DNA of 64,000 nucleotides from the NCBI GenBank assembly GCA_951406725.2, contig OX597820.1, positions 71,486,001 to 71,550,000 on the forward strand, in the 5' to 3' direction. Below the pieces are notes generated by a model, which saw only the letters and a program-made list of their open reading frames with translations, was not told the DNA's origin and did not search any database. A program made the position numbers and the translations under genes. Positions 38,523 through 52,869 of the stretch are shown piece after piece; position 1 is the stretch's first letter; each line of letters begins with the position of its first letter. The stretch comes from Octopus vulgaris. Taxonomy: Eukaryota.

Positions 38523-40101
38523 GTAACATGCTTTAAAATTTACCAGATTTACATTTTGTTTTTGCTCCATGGTATATGCTGGTGGTGAGTTGCTAGAAGT
38601 TCAAACACATTTTGGTTAAGTGAAGATGTGGTCAGGAAAAAAATGAAAAAATAAAAACACAAAGAATCTAATGTAAACAGGGATGGGTTGATGGGTTTAT
38701 AGTTGTGGTCAAGAAGTGGTTGCAAAAAAATAAAAAAATAAAATAAAAGTAAAATACAAAGAGTCTAATGAGAGCAAGTGCAAGAAAAGAACGAGAGTGA
38801 GTGCAAGAAGAAGAATGAGAAAGGGTATTTTTTGATGAGGTAAGTTAAAGAGTAAAATCTTCCCATCAAGCGTGTTTCAAACCGTATTTTATTCAAACTA
38901 TATTTTGTTTCATCACACTCTAGTAGTAGTTACTCCATAAAAAAAATCTAAACCTACTTTTATGGTAATGTAGTTCATACTTTCACTGGAAAATAGGTCC
39001 TAGAACAAGAATAACCAAAACTTGTCTTTTGCATGCGGTTGAGTGAAATATATTGAAAAGAACCAATATAGTTTACTCACCCTAATACATATTTAATCAT
39101 TGATATTACTTTTTGAAGTGTTAAATTAGAGGTATTAATATTTACTTTACTTGTTCGTTTTCTTCTATTTTCTAAATACTGATAGCTTAGATTTCTTTGC
39201 TTTAAAAATCAACTTTAGCATATATCATGAACTATATTTTCTCTCTCAACATCATGATATATATTTTTTGTGTATTTCTTCAATTCACTATGGTATGAGA
39301 TAGTTCCAAATGATTTATAAGAAACTGTCAGTTGCAGAAGTTCTGAAAAGCTATCAATTGTTCCTCTTTTACATTTCTCAGAAATACTGATATTGACTTC
39401 CAGTTACACATAACTCGAATACCTTTATCTGTTAATTTTGCTGCCATTTTCATTTCCATCATATAAATTGAATCTTTCTTGGTGATACAAAAACAAACAT
39501 CATTTCTTAATTCATTTGAAAAACAGCATTACTTATTATTGATTGCTGCAGTTTTTTCTTATTCTTTATTGAAATGCAATGTCTTGTTGTATTAATACAT
39601 ATTAATGAAGTTTATCTTGAGAGTTTAGCCACAAGGATTTTTCATTTACCTACACAAAAATTAGATTATCACTAATAATTGCTCAATATTAGAATTAATT
39701 TTCTACTTGTTCATATATTTTCAGGAGCATGATAAATTCTGCATATAATTTTGTCTAATATGCAACTTCTTTAATGGTTTGAGATTTGAAATTATTTACT
39801 TCAGTTTTATAGGAATAAACTTTGTGGTAATGTATAATAAGAGAAGACATCAGCTTCAATTATTTATCTCAAGTGTGATAAATAAATGTTTTTCCTTAAA
39901 ATATTTTAATTTCTATTCTTGTTAGAAAATATTTAAAATCCTCATCACTTAAAATTTATAAAATACATTTTGTCTATTATTTAAGGTGTGCACTTAACTG
40001 AATCATGTGCTGAACTATGATTTATGCACTGTATATAAAAACATTTCTAAAAGTATTTCATTATACATTTACACACTTGGTGTTTATTTTAGTTTATTTA
40101 G

Positions 40102-40131
40102 ATGGAAGATAGTTTCACACTCTATTTCTTG
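40102..40131 (+). CDS. Candidate 30-nt exon (MEDSFTLYFL or WKIVSHSIS)
   Basis: tttatttAG acceptor (alternative AG at 40091-40092), donor TG|gtaaga. Confidence 0.38.
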
Positions 40132-42179
40132 GTAAGATTTTTCTACCTTTAACTTGATACATTTTCTCCTCAATTACATCCTATATATAATATTCAAATT
40201 CTCTTATCAAACCATTTCACAATTTAACTCTATAATATTATTTGAAAGTTTATGAAAATAAACTCTTAGTATAATTGCAACATATTTTTATTTCTATTTT
40301 TTATGCTTTAATTGGTTATTAACAAAAATTTATTTTAATATGATGAAATTATTATTTCAAATGGAATGTATATTTGATATTAATTCTAGAAAATTATTTG
40401 GTATATTAAAAGAGTATATCAACATTTGAAAACTGTATACCATTTTTATGTGTGTATAATGTACAATATTTCTGTAGACTTTTAAGCCCCAGAATTAAGT
40501 GCGTATATTATGAGAACAGAGAACTGTTAACTATTTTTCTGTGGTTATATTTGGAATAAGACATTTTATAAATACATCCAAATGATGTATAATGAAGAAT
40601 TTAAATGGTATAATGATGTTATATTTTGTATTATACTGACAATACAATTAAATCTTAACATTCTAAGTCAATGGTAATTTGTCTAATTAGCCAAAGAATT
40701 GAACATTCATAGACTTAGTCATATATTCCAATAGAAATTAAATTCATGGTAAACTTGAAATGGAAATCTCTTGTTATTAGTGTACAAAGCATTTTAAATC
40801 TACGTTCCTGCCATGTTATAGCTACGTAGTAGGTTATATGCAGTTTATTTTATTCTTTTTATATCATGAGTTTGTGAATAATAGTGTCATTTGTTAGAAA
40901 GTGATTATGAGCCAATCTGGTTTACTGTTATTGTTTAATGTAAATCAATGTGATCTAATTTATTTATTAGTTATTTATGTTAGTTATATATCATTTATGT
41001 TGAGTTAACCATGTCATATTGCAGATACATTTGACTGATATGAATCTGAATTGGTGTTTCTACATTCCTTCATATCACTCCTCATTCTTTTAAAGATGGT
41101 ACACATTGAACAATGTAGGCAGAAAAAAAAAAAACAAGTTAGTTATGATTGGGTGGATCTACCATATCAGAATTGGTTGGTTGGGGATAACGAACAATAT
41201 ATACTTATTTTATTGATTTACAAGCTATGGAAAGGAAATTTGACCTTGGAGTACAGAAGATCAAAATTTTATATTTTTAGTGTTAGATTATATAGTAGAC
41301 TATGCTTTGCTAATAAGGTCTAATAACACTGAAATATGTTGGAAATTGTCCTTGTAAAACTAAACTTCCGGTTCACCTGAACTGCATTTCATATTTAATT
41401 AATTTTCAAATTCTGGGGTTGTCTTCCTTGCATTTCTTTACCAGAATTAATAGTTTTACCAGAATGACATTTTTTCATCATTAATAATGCAAATTTAATT
41501 AATTAAAATTTCTTGACTTACAGCATATATTTATGCTCACTTTACCATTTGGTATGCTACTGCATCTTTTCTTCAATTTGACTTTGCTAAAAATATCTAT
41601 AATTATAAAAAGGTAAATTAATGTGCAAGATTTAAAGTTATACATTTGAACTTTGATTTAATTTTAATAATTATTCTTTTGCTTTCTTTAATTAATATTT
41701 TCCACTACAACTTATTTACTAAAGTTACTTCTAAAACAAAGAAATTTATGTAATATTTCTAATTGAATATTGAAGACATTTTTGTTTTACTTTTCTGAAT
41801 TCCAATATTGCTTAGTTAACTTTGTCTGGCACTCTTGTATCAGTGTTCTCAATTCTCATATTACCTTTTACTCATATATCTTATTCTTTCAAATTTGTTG
41901 ACGCTGTCTCAGTCAAAATACTTTGATTTATTTTTTTCTCATAATTTCATTACCATTGCTAAATCAACTTTCATTGGCTGTACAGCAAAGAGTATAGATA
42001 GATATTATTGACTAAAATATTTTGTATTGTTTCCTTTTAGTAGTTCAAAAGAATACTGATATTAAACACACATTCCAAATACAGCATTACTTCTCCAAAG
42101 TTTGAGCAGGCTTCTTCTTTCATGAAAAGCCAATTAAGAAAACTCAATATAGAAGAGTGAATCCATGTCTATTTTGTAA

Positions 42180-42320
42180 TATCTTTTTATCTTTTATCAT
42201 TTACTTGTTTCAGTTATTAGACTGAGGCCATGCTGGGGCACCACCTTGAATTTTTGATCAAATGACTCAACCCCAGTAGATTTTTTAAAGCTTGATGCTT
42301 ATTATATTGGTCTCTTTTGC
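42180..42320 (-). mobile_element. SINE family A tail fragment
   Basis: TTTACTTGTTTCAG..GGCCATGCTGGGGCACCACCTTGA is the reverse complement of the family A 3' end. Confidence 0.75.
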
Positions 42321-42456
42321 TATTGGTATTTTTGCATTTAAGCTTCTTTTTGACTAGGATTGCTTGCTATATATAGTTTTATCTTATTGTTTAATTTGTT
42401 TTAATATTTTTGTATTTTCTTACTTCTATCATATATTTCATTCATATTTCCTACAG

Positions 42457-42494
42457 AGAACATATTCATCAGATACTCAGACATCTGAAGTCGG
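42457..42494 (+). CDS. Candidate 38-nt exon (RTYSSDTQTSEV or EHIHQILRHLKS)
   Basis: Acceptor tttcctacAG, donor GG|gtaatt. Confidence 0.33.
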
Positions 42495-42584
42495 GTAATT
42501 AAAAAATATGTAAATTGTTTGAGGCTAATGTTACAATTTATATGATAATTATCACTTTATTTGAAAAGATTAATCAGAAATTTC

Positions 42585-43021
42585 TAGTTGCTTAATCCAT
42601 TCTCCTGCCTTCTCTTCCTCCTGCATTATACCCACCGTTATGCAATGAATGTAAGTTCTAAGTTTCATAAGGATCCATTCAGTAATTTTGGTCCATGCAA
42701 AATGACTAAAATTTGGAGGTTAAGCCCCCATTAAAGGGGTCTTAGAATCATCCAACGAAATGGAAATTTGGGGTATATTTTTCAATTTATTTCTAATACC
42801 TATGACTCAAATTTCATCAAAATCTAAAGCATATGAATTTTCACGGGGAGTTCTGCCCCACTTTATGCCCCTTCAAAATTGTATGAAACTTATGGCATTA
42901 CCTTTCTCTCTAAGCTTGGATTTTGTGTTCCAAATTTCATTAGGCTCAGTCTAGTAGTTCTCAAGTCTATAAGTAACACACAAACACATGAACACCCAGA
43001 CATTGACTTTTATATAATAGA
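42585..43021 (-). mobile_element. Helitron-like non-autonomous element
   Basis: Minus-strand 5' end A|TCTATTATATAAAAG; internal AAATTTCAT..AAATC motifs; 3' end uncertain. Confidence 0.5.
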
Positions 43022-43044
43022 TATATACACACACACACACACAC

Positions 43045-43077
<33 letters not shown>

Positions 43078-43324
43078 TGCACACACACATGTAGTGTGTG
43101 TGTTAAATAATGAGAATGATGAAGACAGTTATAGATAACAGCATGTAAATATTGGGTTGAAAAGCCCTTTATCTTTTCCTGAAGTGGTTTTCAATGCAAT
43201 ATGTAAGTGTTAATATTCATAGCCTTATGTGTGCTTTGACATTTATTTTTCCACAGAAGAATAATTTCATGTTCTCTCAAAAGTTTATAAAACTCTTATG
43301 ACATTGAGCATGTGTTGTATATGC

Positions 43325-43369
<45 letters not shown>

Positions 43370-43370
43370 T

Positions 43371-43600
43371 ATCATCATCATCATCATCATCATCATCATG
43401 TAATATCCGTCTTCAACATTTAGATAGTTTGACAAGAGCTGGCCAGGTGAAGAGCTGCCTGGGCTCCATGTCTGCTTTGGCATGGTTTCTATGGGTGGAT
43501 GTAGCTTCCTAGTACCAACCACTTTACAAAGTGTTCTGGGTGCTTTTAAGCAGCACCAGTATGGGTACTTTTATGCAGCACCAGTATTCATGAGTCTGCA
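43371..43600 (-). mobile_element. RTE LINE 3' end
   Basis: (CAT)n followed by the reverse complement of the RTE tail. Confidence 0.7.
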
Positions 43601-43635
43601 AGATTAGAAAAAAAAAATATATATATATATATATA

Positions 43636-44180
43636 GGTAGACCTAGGAGGGCATAGGACGAAGTGGTGTAGCAGGATCTTCAAACTTTGAGCTGCTCAGA
43701 GGCATTGATTACTGACCGCAAGTTTTGGCAGTATGTTGTGCTTGAGAAGAGCCATCAAGCCAAGTGAAATCGTAGTCATGGCTGATGCTGGTGTTATGTA
43801 ACTGGCACCTGTACCCGTGGCACATAAAGAGCACCTTTTGTGTGTTGGGCCTCACAGAGGCAAAGTGGCCAAATTCTTTCCAACTGTCAGGCCTCATGGA
43901 GACAATGACCAAGACCTTTGGGATTATGTTGTGCTTGAGAAGAAAACTCACCAAGCCAAGCAAAATTGCAGTCATGGCTGATGCTGGTGTCATGCAAATG
44001 GCACCCATGCCAGTGGTACGTAAAAGTACCCATTACACTCTCAGAGTGGTTGGTGTTAGGAAGGGTGTCCAGATGTAGAAAACCATCCAAAAAATCAGAC
44101 AGGAGTCTGGTGCAGGATTCCAGCTTACAAGCCCTGGTCAAACCATCCAACTTGTGCCAGCATGGACAATGGACGTTCAG
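43636..44180 (+). mobile_element. 5'-truncated RTE LINE with internal ~190-bp duplication
   Basis: GRPRRA*DEVV..VVLEKSHQAK*; TTGTGCTTGAGAAG..CAAGCCAAG..GTCATGGCTGATGCTGGTGT occurs twice (~43737, ~43929). Confidence 0.82.
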
Positions 44181-44266
44181 TGACCGAAACCAGTACTGAA
44201 ATATTTTTTTACAAAATTATTTTAGCATTTTCTACTTTTCCATTTATAAATATATACATATGCACG

Positions 44267-44317
<51 letters not shown>

Positions 44318-44339
44318 GTATGTATACACATATCATATC

Positions 44340-44730
44340 CTTGTTTTACCATCCACTTTTCTATCTTTTCATGGAATTCATCAAACTAGACTGTTGGACT
44401 TTCTACAATTTGATGCCCTTCCTATTGTCAACCCTTACTTTTCCAAGTAATATCTACCCATGCCCAGACATGATTTTCATGAAAGACTGGAAATGAACAT
44501 CATTTGCATATTGGTGATGTCTGTTTACAACCATCACATGATGTCAAAACAAGGTTGCTCATAGATTCTCACATACTCATATATATAGACTCACGCATAC
44601 ACACACACACACATAAAATGAGCTTCTTTCAGTTTTGGTTGGACTAGGGCCCAAAGTGCTGCAGAGTGGGAACCCAAAACTACATTTCGGGGAATCAAGC
44701 TTCTTAACTACATAGTGATATATGCACCAC
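44340..44730 (-). mobile_element. SINE with family A-like head and RTE-like tail
   Basis: Head complement at ~44620-44730; GATGCCCTTCCT..CAACC RTE-tail motif at ~44410. Confidence 0.55.
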
Positions 44731-44745
44731 AGTCACACTGACAAC

Positions 44746-44801
<56 letters not shown>

Positions 44802-47800
44802 TCAGTAAAGCTGGAAATAAATTATATAAAGGTGAAAGGATATTTTTTTTACTAAAGGTAACTTACTACTAAAAACGTACTTATGCATCTAAATATGTAA
44901 AATATACTTCTTTGATTTGGAATGGATTTGTTGCACTTTGTTGTAAGCAATGTTTTTGATCTTGGGTAAAAAAACAAAGTAGTCCATGATTTCTGCTTAT
45001 TGCTTTTATATAATTGCTTTTATGCATGTGTGGATGCATATGTATCTGTATATGTTAAGTCCATTTTTATGTGTATTTGTATGAGTTTTACTGTATTTGT
45101 TGTGTATAGGTATTGACTATTTAGAAGAGAGTATATGAAGACAATGAACAGTCAAGCACTGCATATGTACATCCATACAGAATATTTTTATTATAAAAAG
45201 GATAAATTTATTCTGTTTAAACTCGTTTTCAACTTTCTGTGTGACGGAATTTTTTTTTACTTTGACTGCAATTTCATTCTTTTGGAAATGTGTTATCCAT
45301 AAAATCCTGCAGTACAATGGGATATTACTATTCTAAAAGATGATCCCATTTATATCTAGGCTACTCCTCATCTAGCACTTTAAAAAATATCAAAAATAGC
45401 TGAACCAACTTAGATAGTATTTGAACCAATGCATTGTAAGAATTAGATTTGTTGCCGGAAGTTATCAATTTTGGAATTCCGCTCTTACCAATCTCTGCAG
45501 CTTTGAAATGGCATCCTCTCTTAAGTGCATAATAAAAATATCAAAGAGTAATTCTTTGGAGTGTTCTGTGAGATAATGTTCAGTTATTCAGATAACCAGT
45601 GAACTATTAACCTTCATTTTCATTGAAAGTACTAAGACCATATATTTTGCTGGTTAGTGTTTTCAATAAAATCATGTTATACTCATATAGTGCTCAAACA
45701 CTAAAAATATTTTTTATGCCTGAAATATTGACATATTGCTTTACTGTTTGAAAAAGTTGAAAAGAATTAGGTTGCTACTTAATATTATTTATCTCACTTT
45801 AACATACTAGCTAACTATCAACTAATGCATATTCAGACCAGGCTGAAAATTTTGGCCAATTTCAAATAATGCTGTGTGATTATTCTTAAATTTTGATTAT
45901 TTCTGAAAATGAAACAAAGAATTTAGAATATTCAGTGCCAAAATATTTTTTATGTACTCTTAAATATGACTTTATCTGAAATGTACACCAAAGAAAGCTT
46001 TTAAAATTAGAAAAAAAAATTCCTTGTTATAAGAAGCAAATTGAATATAAAACAGCTAGACTATCACTTTGAATATTTTCATAAAGTCAGATATATTTTA
46101 TCAGATCAAATAATCTGTATATAAATGTCTGTTTCTCTTGAAAATAAAATAAAATATGCCTATTATCAATAACTTTTACAGTTCTTCTGCACTGATTGCT
46201 TGAATGCATGTTAGCTATATGTGATAACCATGCATATCATTAATAGTAAAAAAGAGATATTATAAAGACGATTGTTAATATAAATATGTATAATAACCTT
46301 TAGCTTGCTGTGAAAATGATGCTATGCATATAAAGTTTTATCTTCACCCAAGTCAAATGACTACACAACTCTCTGGCTTCAGATGGAGAATAGCTCTATA
46401 TATTTTTCAGTATGGTCAGTTCTTTTTGTATTCTTTGGATGATCTTATTTACCAGAAATCTTATATACCTTTCTTGCAGAGGGCCATGAGTTGATGTTTT
46501 GTAATCAGCTTTGTAAGTTCTTTTCTAGCAATATTTTCATCAGTTAATTTTTAAATGATGCTTATGCTATGCTTGTAAACACAACACTTTATATCATCGT
46601 TATATGGAGTTTGGGGTCATTGAACTTACAACCACCTTAAATAGTCTTAATCAACATCTAACATACAACAATTCAAAAATATTTGTATGACAATGACATC
46701 ACATCTACCAGAAATATACTGGTTCAATTCTGTTTGGTATTTGAGAACTGTTTATAAACTTATCTTTATTAACAGAGTCTATGATTCTGCCTTTTATTTG
46801 CTATCAACATTTGAACTGTTGCATCTTTCCTTGAGTATATATGCCCTATTCACTGTTGTATTGTTACATATTTATATAAAACTAACTCTTTATGGATCAT
46901 CAGTTCTTCTGTATCCATACCAAATTGGACCATTGTTTCATAAGATATTGTTAATAGTGATTGTATTTGTTTACCCATTGAAGCAAATAGACTAACAGGG
47001 TTTCCGAATTTTGATGGAGTATATGTATAAAATATGTTACTTAAATACATACTAATAGAACCATTACTTGGTTAATATGCTTTAAAACTAATTTTATCAT
47101 TTGTGAGAATTCTTGAGTAATTGCATTTGAATCTTGGTTATAAGGAGGATAAATTTACATATTTTTGTTAAACCATACAGATATGTCTTTATTGAGAAAT
47201 TTACAGATATTGTCAGACACTAATATACTGGGAACTGTATTTCTGGGGGAAAAAAACCCAGTTAATAAATGTTTAGCCATTTCTGCTGCTTTATTCCTGA
47301 ATCTCATTACTTCTGTGTAACCAGATTAGGTATAAAAAATATTAAGAATATTCTTAAAGTTTTTAAGTCAGTATGGTCCATATGCATGCATATCTATGCT
47401 TTAATTTCTTTTGGCTACATGCACTGTGTGAAATAATTCCAATTTTATTCTAGTACATATTACATTAGAATGTTGTGTATCTAATACTAGATAAATTATG
47501 TATCACTCTATATCTTCAGGGTAACTTGGTTAGTAAGCTTCTTATTCTCATTAATGTTCACAAAAAGGTTTGTGGAAGAAATGATTCTTCTTTAGACATG
47601 GTACTTTAATTGTTCACAATAAGTTTACTCTATTAAAATGACTGTAAATAGTCAAGGATATAAAATGATATACTTTACATAATTATCCAAGAACCATACA
47701 GTCACATAGAAGTTATTTTATTGTGTAGTGTTAAGAATTATTTGAAGAGTTACAGTATCATTTATGTTTGTAACCCATGAAATTAACAAAAGGGTAGCTA

Positions 47801-48214
47801 CTTTCACTATATTTGTGGTGCAAATTATCCTAATGAAAGATTTGGAAAGTTTTAGCATTTGACACTCTCTATACTAACAACTAGAAATACCAGAATACAT
47901 GCTCATAAAAGAAGCCTTTAAAAATAGTATTTGATGATCTTCTGAAGTACATATGCATGGCTCTTTGGAATGGCTATACTGTTTGGCTGCATCAGTTACT
48001 GCTTACTTTGTATTGAAGTTGATAGTTTTTGGTCATAAGATTCCTAAAGAACATTGGTAAACTTGTGTCATTGATTCATTAATGGTTCCTAAATAATTGA
48101 AGATAATGAGAAAATCAAGTTTTGCAAAAGTTTGATCTCAGGTCAGTCTATGGTTTCAAAATAGTATCAGTATCTATCATAAGCTCTATAAATAATACTT
48201 TTAGTGGATCATCT

Positions 48215-49860
48215 TTTATTCTGTTGTGTCTGGGGAGAGTCATATTCTTTTTGTTATTTCTTTAAGTTAGAATTGATTTAAATTCATATAAATACCATCT
48301 GTATAATGCTGGTTATCTGTGGGCTTGTAAAATTTAGACCTAATCAACTTGGGTAATGTATGCCAAATATTAGGTGTAATGAAATAAGAAAATTTTGTAC
48401 TACTCTGGTTATTAATCTTATAATATTTATGACTGCAGAGAAAAGTTTTTCAATATTTAAAGAATTTTTCTACTATTGGAGTCAGGACTTGATGATTGCA
48501 CTAGGGATTAAACTAAATTATACTTCTAATCTTATTTTTCTTTCTAAGGTACCAAGCTGGCAGAATCGATAGTACACCGTGCAAAAAGCTTAGCAGCATT
48601 TCTCCTGTCTTTATTTTCTGAGTTCAAATCACACTGAATTTGACTTTTCCTTTCGTCCTTTCAGGGGTTGATAAAATAAGTACCATTTGAGCAGTGGGAT
48701 CGATGTAATTGCCTTGCCCACTTCCCAAAACTTGCTGGCCTTGTGCCAAAATTCGAAATCAATATATCTAATTTTATCAGGGAAAATACGTTTCACAGCA
48801 CTATTATGATACTTAGTGGCATCAATGAAAATAATCTTTATCAAAGAGAGATGGACGCATTCTTAAGCACAACTATCTCAAATATTTTTGGTCAAAAAAA
48901 TGTATTAATACTGTGAAGTGACTCATTAATTTAAACTTCTTGAAAAAGTTATGAAGTTCTTTTCGCAACCTTTCAATTTTTATTGTTAACATTTCTAAGA
49001 ATTATAGACCATCATTCTTGTTTAGACTTCCAAGAATATAGGGAAACGTAGTGTATTGACAGCTTTGGATATATGATATCACTAATCTGCTAAATCTCTT
49101 GCTCCCAGACTAACATTAAAATGAACATTAGAAAGTTTTTTCTAGATGCTATTATTATGATACAGAATCGATTTTCTCTTATGTGATATAGTATTAATTT
49201 CTGACATAGTATTTGTGAAAAGTTCTTAGCAAAATTGATAGCATCCATTAAAAATAGTTTGGTAATTGAGAGATAATAATCACAAATGTCAGTCTGTATG
49301 AAGCAACAGTTTTCTTTATGAGGTTGCTGAGGTATGGTCTCAAACAAATTGCTTACAAAATTAGTATTTTTGTAAATAGATAAAGGAATCTTATCCAAGT
49401 TTTGGTGTTATCTTATTTAGAATATATTTGTTGATAAAGGAATATTTGTTTTAGTTGGATTAATGAGTCTAGTTGAAGGGTTGTTTGCTAAATTTTGATT
49501 GAGATCTTTAAATGGTATATACCAATTTTGCGAAGTTAGGGATTTATTGCTAGAGGTGACACTGAATTCATTAACAGATTTTATGTGCTTTTCCATTTAT
49601 ATAACAATAATGGTTAAAAACGTTATCTTTTTAGAATTGTTAGTAATAGAATTAGATAAGAATTTATTGTACTTAAACATATCAATTTCAGAGAGGTTTT
49701 TCTTCTATTCTAGAGCTACAAAAAAATTCATACTTTTATAAAATCTTCTCAGTTTATATTTTAAGTCCTTCTGGAATTGGTTGAAATGGTCTCTATATTT
49801 AATTAATTTTACTACCCTTTCATGAATGGTTGTAGCCATAAATTCTGAAGATGAATTTTT
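48215..49860 (-). mobile_element. Degenerate Penelope-like element (PLE) RT ORF, split by a SINE
   Basis: Minus strand: FKDLNQNLANNPSTRLINPTK, CCFIQTDICDYYLSITKLFLMDAINFAK, NKNDGL (~YRDDGL), IRSII*FNP.. and HKYYKINN..KFSYFITPNI; motif order matches PLE RTs. Confidence 0.8.
48546..48765 (+). mobile_element. SINE family B inserted in the PLE
   Basis: Full head-body-tail match to 36690-36907. Confidence 0.88.
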
Positions 49861-49899
49861 TAAAGTTTAAACCTAAACTTAGGATTATAATTTGCATCG

Positions 49900-51800
49900 A
49901 TAGCATCTTTCTCAAAGTAATATGATCCACCATCTTGATCTGTTAATAAAATGTTTAGTGGAGGAAATATTTCAATGAGGATTTTATGAAAGTTGATGCA
50001 AAATTTTTTGTTATCATATTAGGGTGAAATTTGGTATTTCAACAGAGTTGCTGAAAATGCTGATAATGAAATTAATTGTATGTCAATCCAAAGAAACAAT
50101 AATATTTATAAAGTATTCCATACTATAGGTAGAATGAAGTCAAGTTAATTATGACGTTGAACATACTCAGGAATTCTATTTTACTTGTCTCATTATCTGA
50201 ATTATTCTCAAATATAGTGGAATTTTTTTTACAAATTCATACAGAAGATACAGTTATTTTAAAAGATCCATTGGGGTAATTATTATCATAACTTCTGTTG
50301 CTTTAACATTTCTATGATGATATTTCACTTTTAAATGCCAAAGGGGAAAAATATTGATTCAGTATTTGGAGTTTGGTAAGAATCTAAACAAATTTTTCCT
50401 CTTTCGCCTACATTAGTCTCCACATATATTGAAATATCCATCTACTTTTCATACAACCACTAAGAGAGATTCATTTACTCACTCAATGAGGAACTTTTTC
50501 TAAAAGACCTTCATTAATTAGTTTTGTCAGCGTTGTTATGTTTAATGGCTTAATGAGTATTGGTAATGGTCTTTCTGCCTCCAAATAACATAACTCGATA
50601 TTTCTTTTGAGTGGAATGTTAGTTCTAAAACCTTCCATCTCATGAATTAAAGTTGAACATACACGTTATAACTTGTTTTACATTTAGCAACAATAACATT
50701 TACAACATCTATTATTTTATCAGTTTCCATTAGTGCATCAAACTTATCCAAACTCTCGATGAGTGATCCATCAAATTGCTTCATCTTGAGATCACATTTT
50801 CTCAAATTCAGTTCATTCAAATCCATTAAAAAAATTCTAATATATTACTGTTACCTGACCATTGAGTTTTGCATTCATTGTAGTATTTATTAAACTAATT
50901 TCATAAGAACTTGTAATATGTTCATGTTGAATATCTTCAAGCTCTTTATCATTTTTTCTACATTTTCTCACTGCTGAGAGTGGTTCTTTTTTCCCATTTC
51001 CAGTATATGGTTTAGCAGATGCAGGATGTTTTGATGATGCATTCTTATATCCACAAAAGGAATGTTTAGAATTAGATTTCTGCTTATTTTTATCAACATA
51101 TGACACAGAAGTATCATCAAGGTCATTCATATTTTTTCTTTTGTTATCATCATCTGAAATTTAGAAATCATTTGAAGCTGTTGAAATCTCAATGCTTTTA
51201 TACAATGTTTAAATGGTTTCATGAGATCTATGTGTTTCATTTCAATAGTAATTTTTTCTGCACTCTGCTCTTGAGTTCTAATTGCTTCAACCTCACAAAA
51301 AATAAACTCATTTAATCTCTGAGAATAACTTTGAATCAGATTAATTGAGCTAGATTTTGATATTGTGATAAGAATCTGACCTTTTCAGCAATTATTAGCT
51401 TCTTGTAGGGATGAACTGATGGTACTACAAACTTTATATTTCTAAAATTTCTCTCTTCAGCAGCCATTGCAGAAACTTTTTATATGACCATCATGCATGC
51501 TTTGATTAAAAGTTCATTATTATTGACTTGTGATGCCATTGTCATGTCATATGGACAATGTTGTAGTTGCACACAATCCTTTGCATTCAGACATTTTATT
51601 TAAATGAATAGCTCAAATTCTGGTATTGAACTGGTAGCCACCCCACTCTTAAAAAAATCTAAATCAGCAAGTAAAATGCATACAATACAACAATAATACC
51701 AGCATGACAATGACATGAAAGTTGCAGAGAGCTAAATACCTTGTTAATTTAGTGGACCTGCATTCAGGCTGGCAGCAAGTTTAGTCATCATAATTTTGTT
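49900..51800 (-). mobile_element. Degenerate Ty3/Gypsy gag-pol remnant
   Basis: gag HPYKKLIIAEKVRF; protease region MNAKLNG..MKQFDGSLI; RT ERPLPILIKP..LVVV*KVDGYFNICGD..DSYQTP..IITPMDL. Confidence 0.78.
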
Positions 51801-52869
51801 TCGCGTTTGTGTGTGTATGTGCGTGTTAATTAAAATATATTAATGATTGCAATTTTTATTATAAATTAATATCCAGTGGAAACTGAAGTCTGAACAAATA
51901 CATTTTGAAGGAAACATGCAACAAAGAAATGAATCAAACCTCTTCCACTGACAAGAGAGATGACATAGCAACATTAAGTATATGTGATGGATTTTTTGAT
52001 AAAAATATTTTATTTTACTATTTGTTGATTTAAGAACATAGTTGGAGTATGAAACTCAGACGTTGGTGTATGTTGGCAAGAAGAAGAAAAGGAAACACTT
52101 ATATACATGACTATGATATAATTTGGGGAGTTCAAAAGTATGTAAGCACTATCATTATTATTATAAACAGCAGATAGATTCAGTTTAAAATATTACCAGC
52201 TAATGCAAAAGAATGTCTATAAGAATAAATTGGATGTCAAAAACGATGATTATAATAATGACAGTGCTGTTGGACACTAAACGATGATGTTGTGTGGATT
52301 TGATTTTTTTTTCTTAAGGCAGAAAAATGCACCACTCACATTAGCTTCCAATTCTCTGATTGAACAATCAGTGTCATTCCAGTCATGACCAACAGGTTTT
52401 AGCATATAGTATATCAAATATTAAATATATTTATTAAAAAAAATAAAAAAGTGTAATTTAAGGGAGATCTTGCTTCTATTTTTAGCAAGTCAGGTAACCA
52501 CGTGGAGTCTACTATATTGTAAAAGATTAAATTGCTTAGATCTTAAGTATATTTTAATTCTTTCTCTTCCTTATTCCTTTTTCTATGTTGAGTATAATGA
52601 GTTTTCTGGAATTATCAGATGTTATGAAGCAGTCTATGTTTGCGATTATTTGCAAATTTTTACTGGTTCTAATTGGTGTGTTACTATTCATGGAACTTGA
52701 ATAATTTGATTTTATTATATAGCTTATAATGATTGTTATGTGTGTACATATATAGATATGATGTAAAAAGTTTTGGATGGATTATAATCTGTAGTAGCTT
52801 ATAAATGAAATATTTGGAACTCAGGTAGAAGTGATATTGTTCATGATGGATATGATTTATTCTACATAA

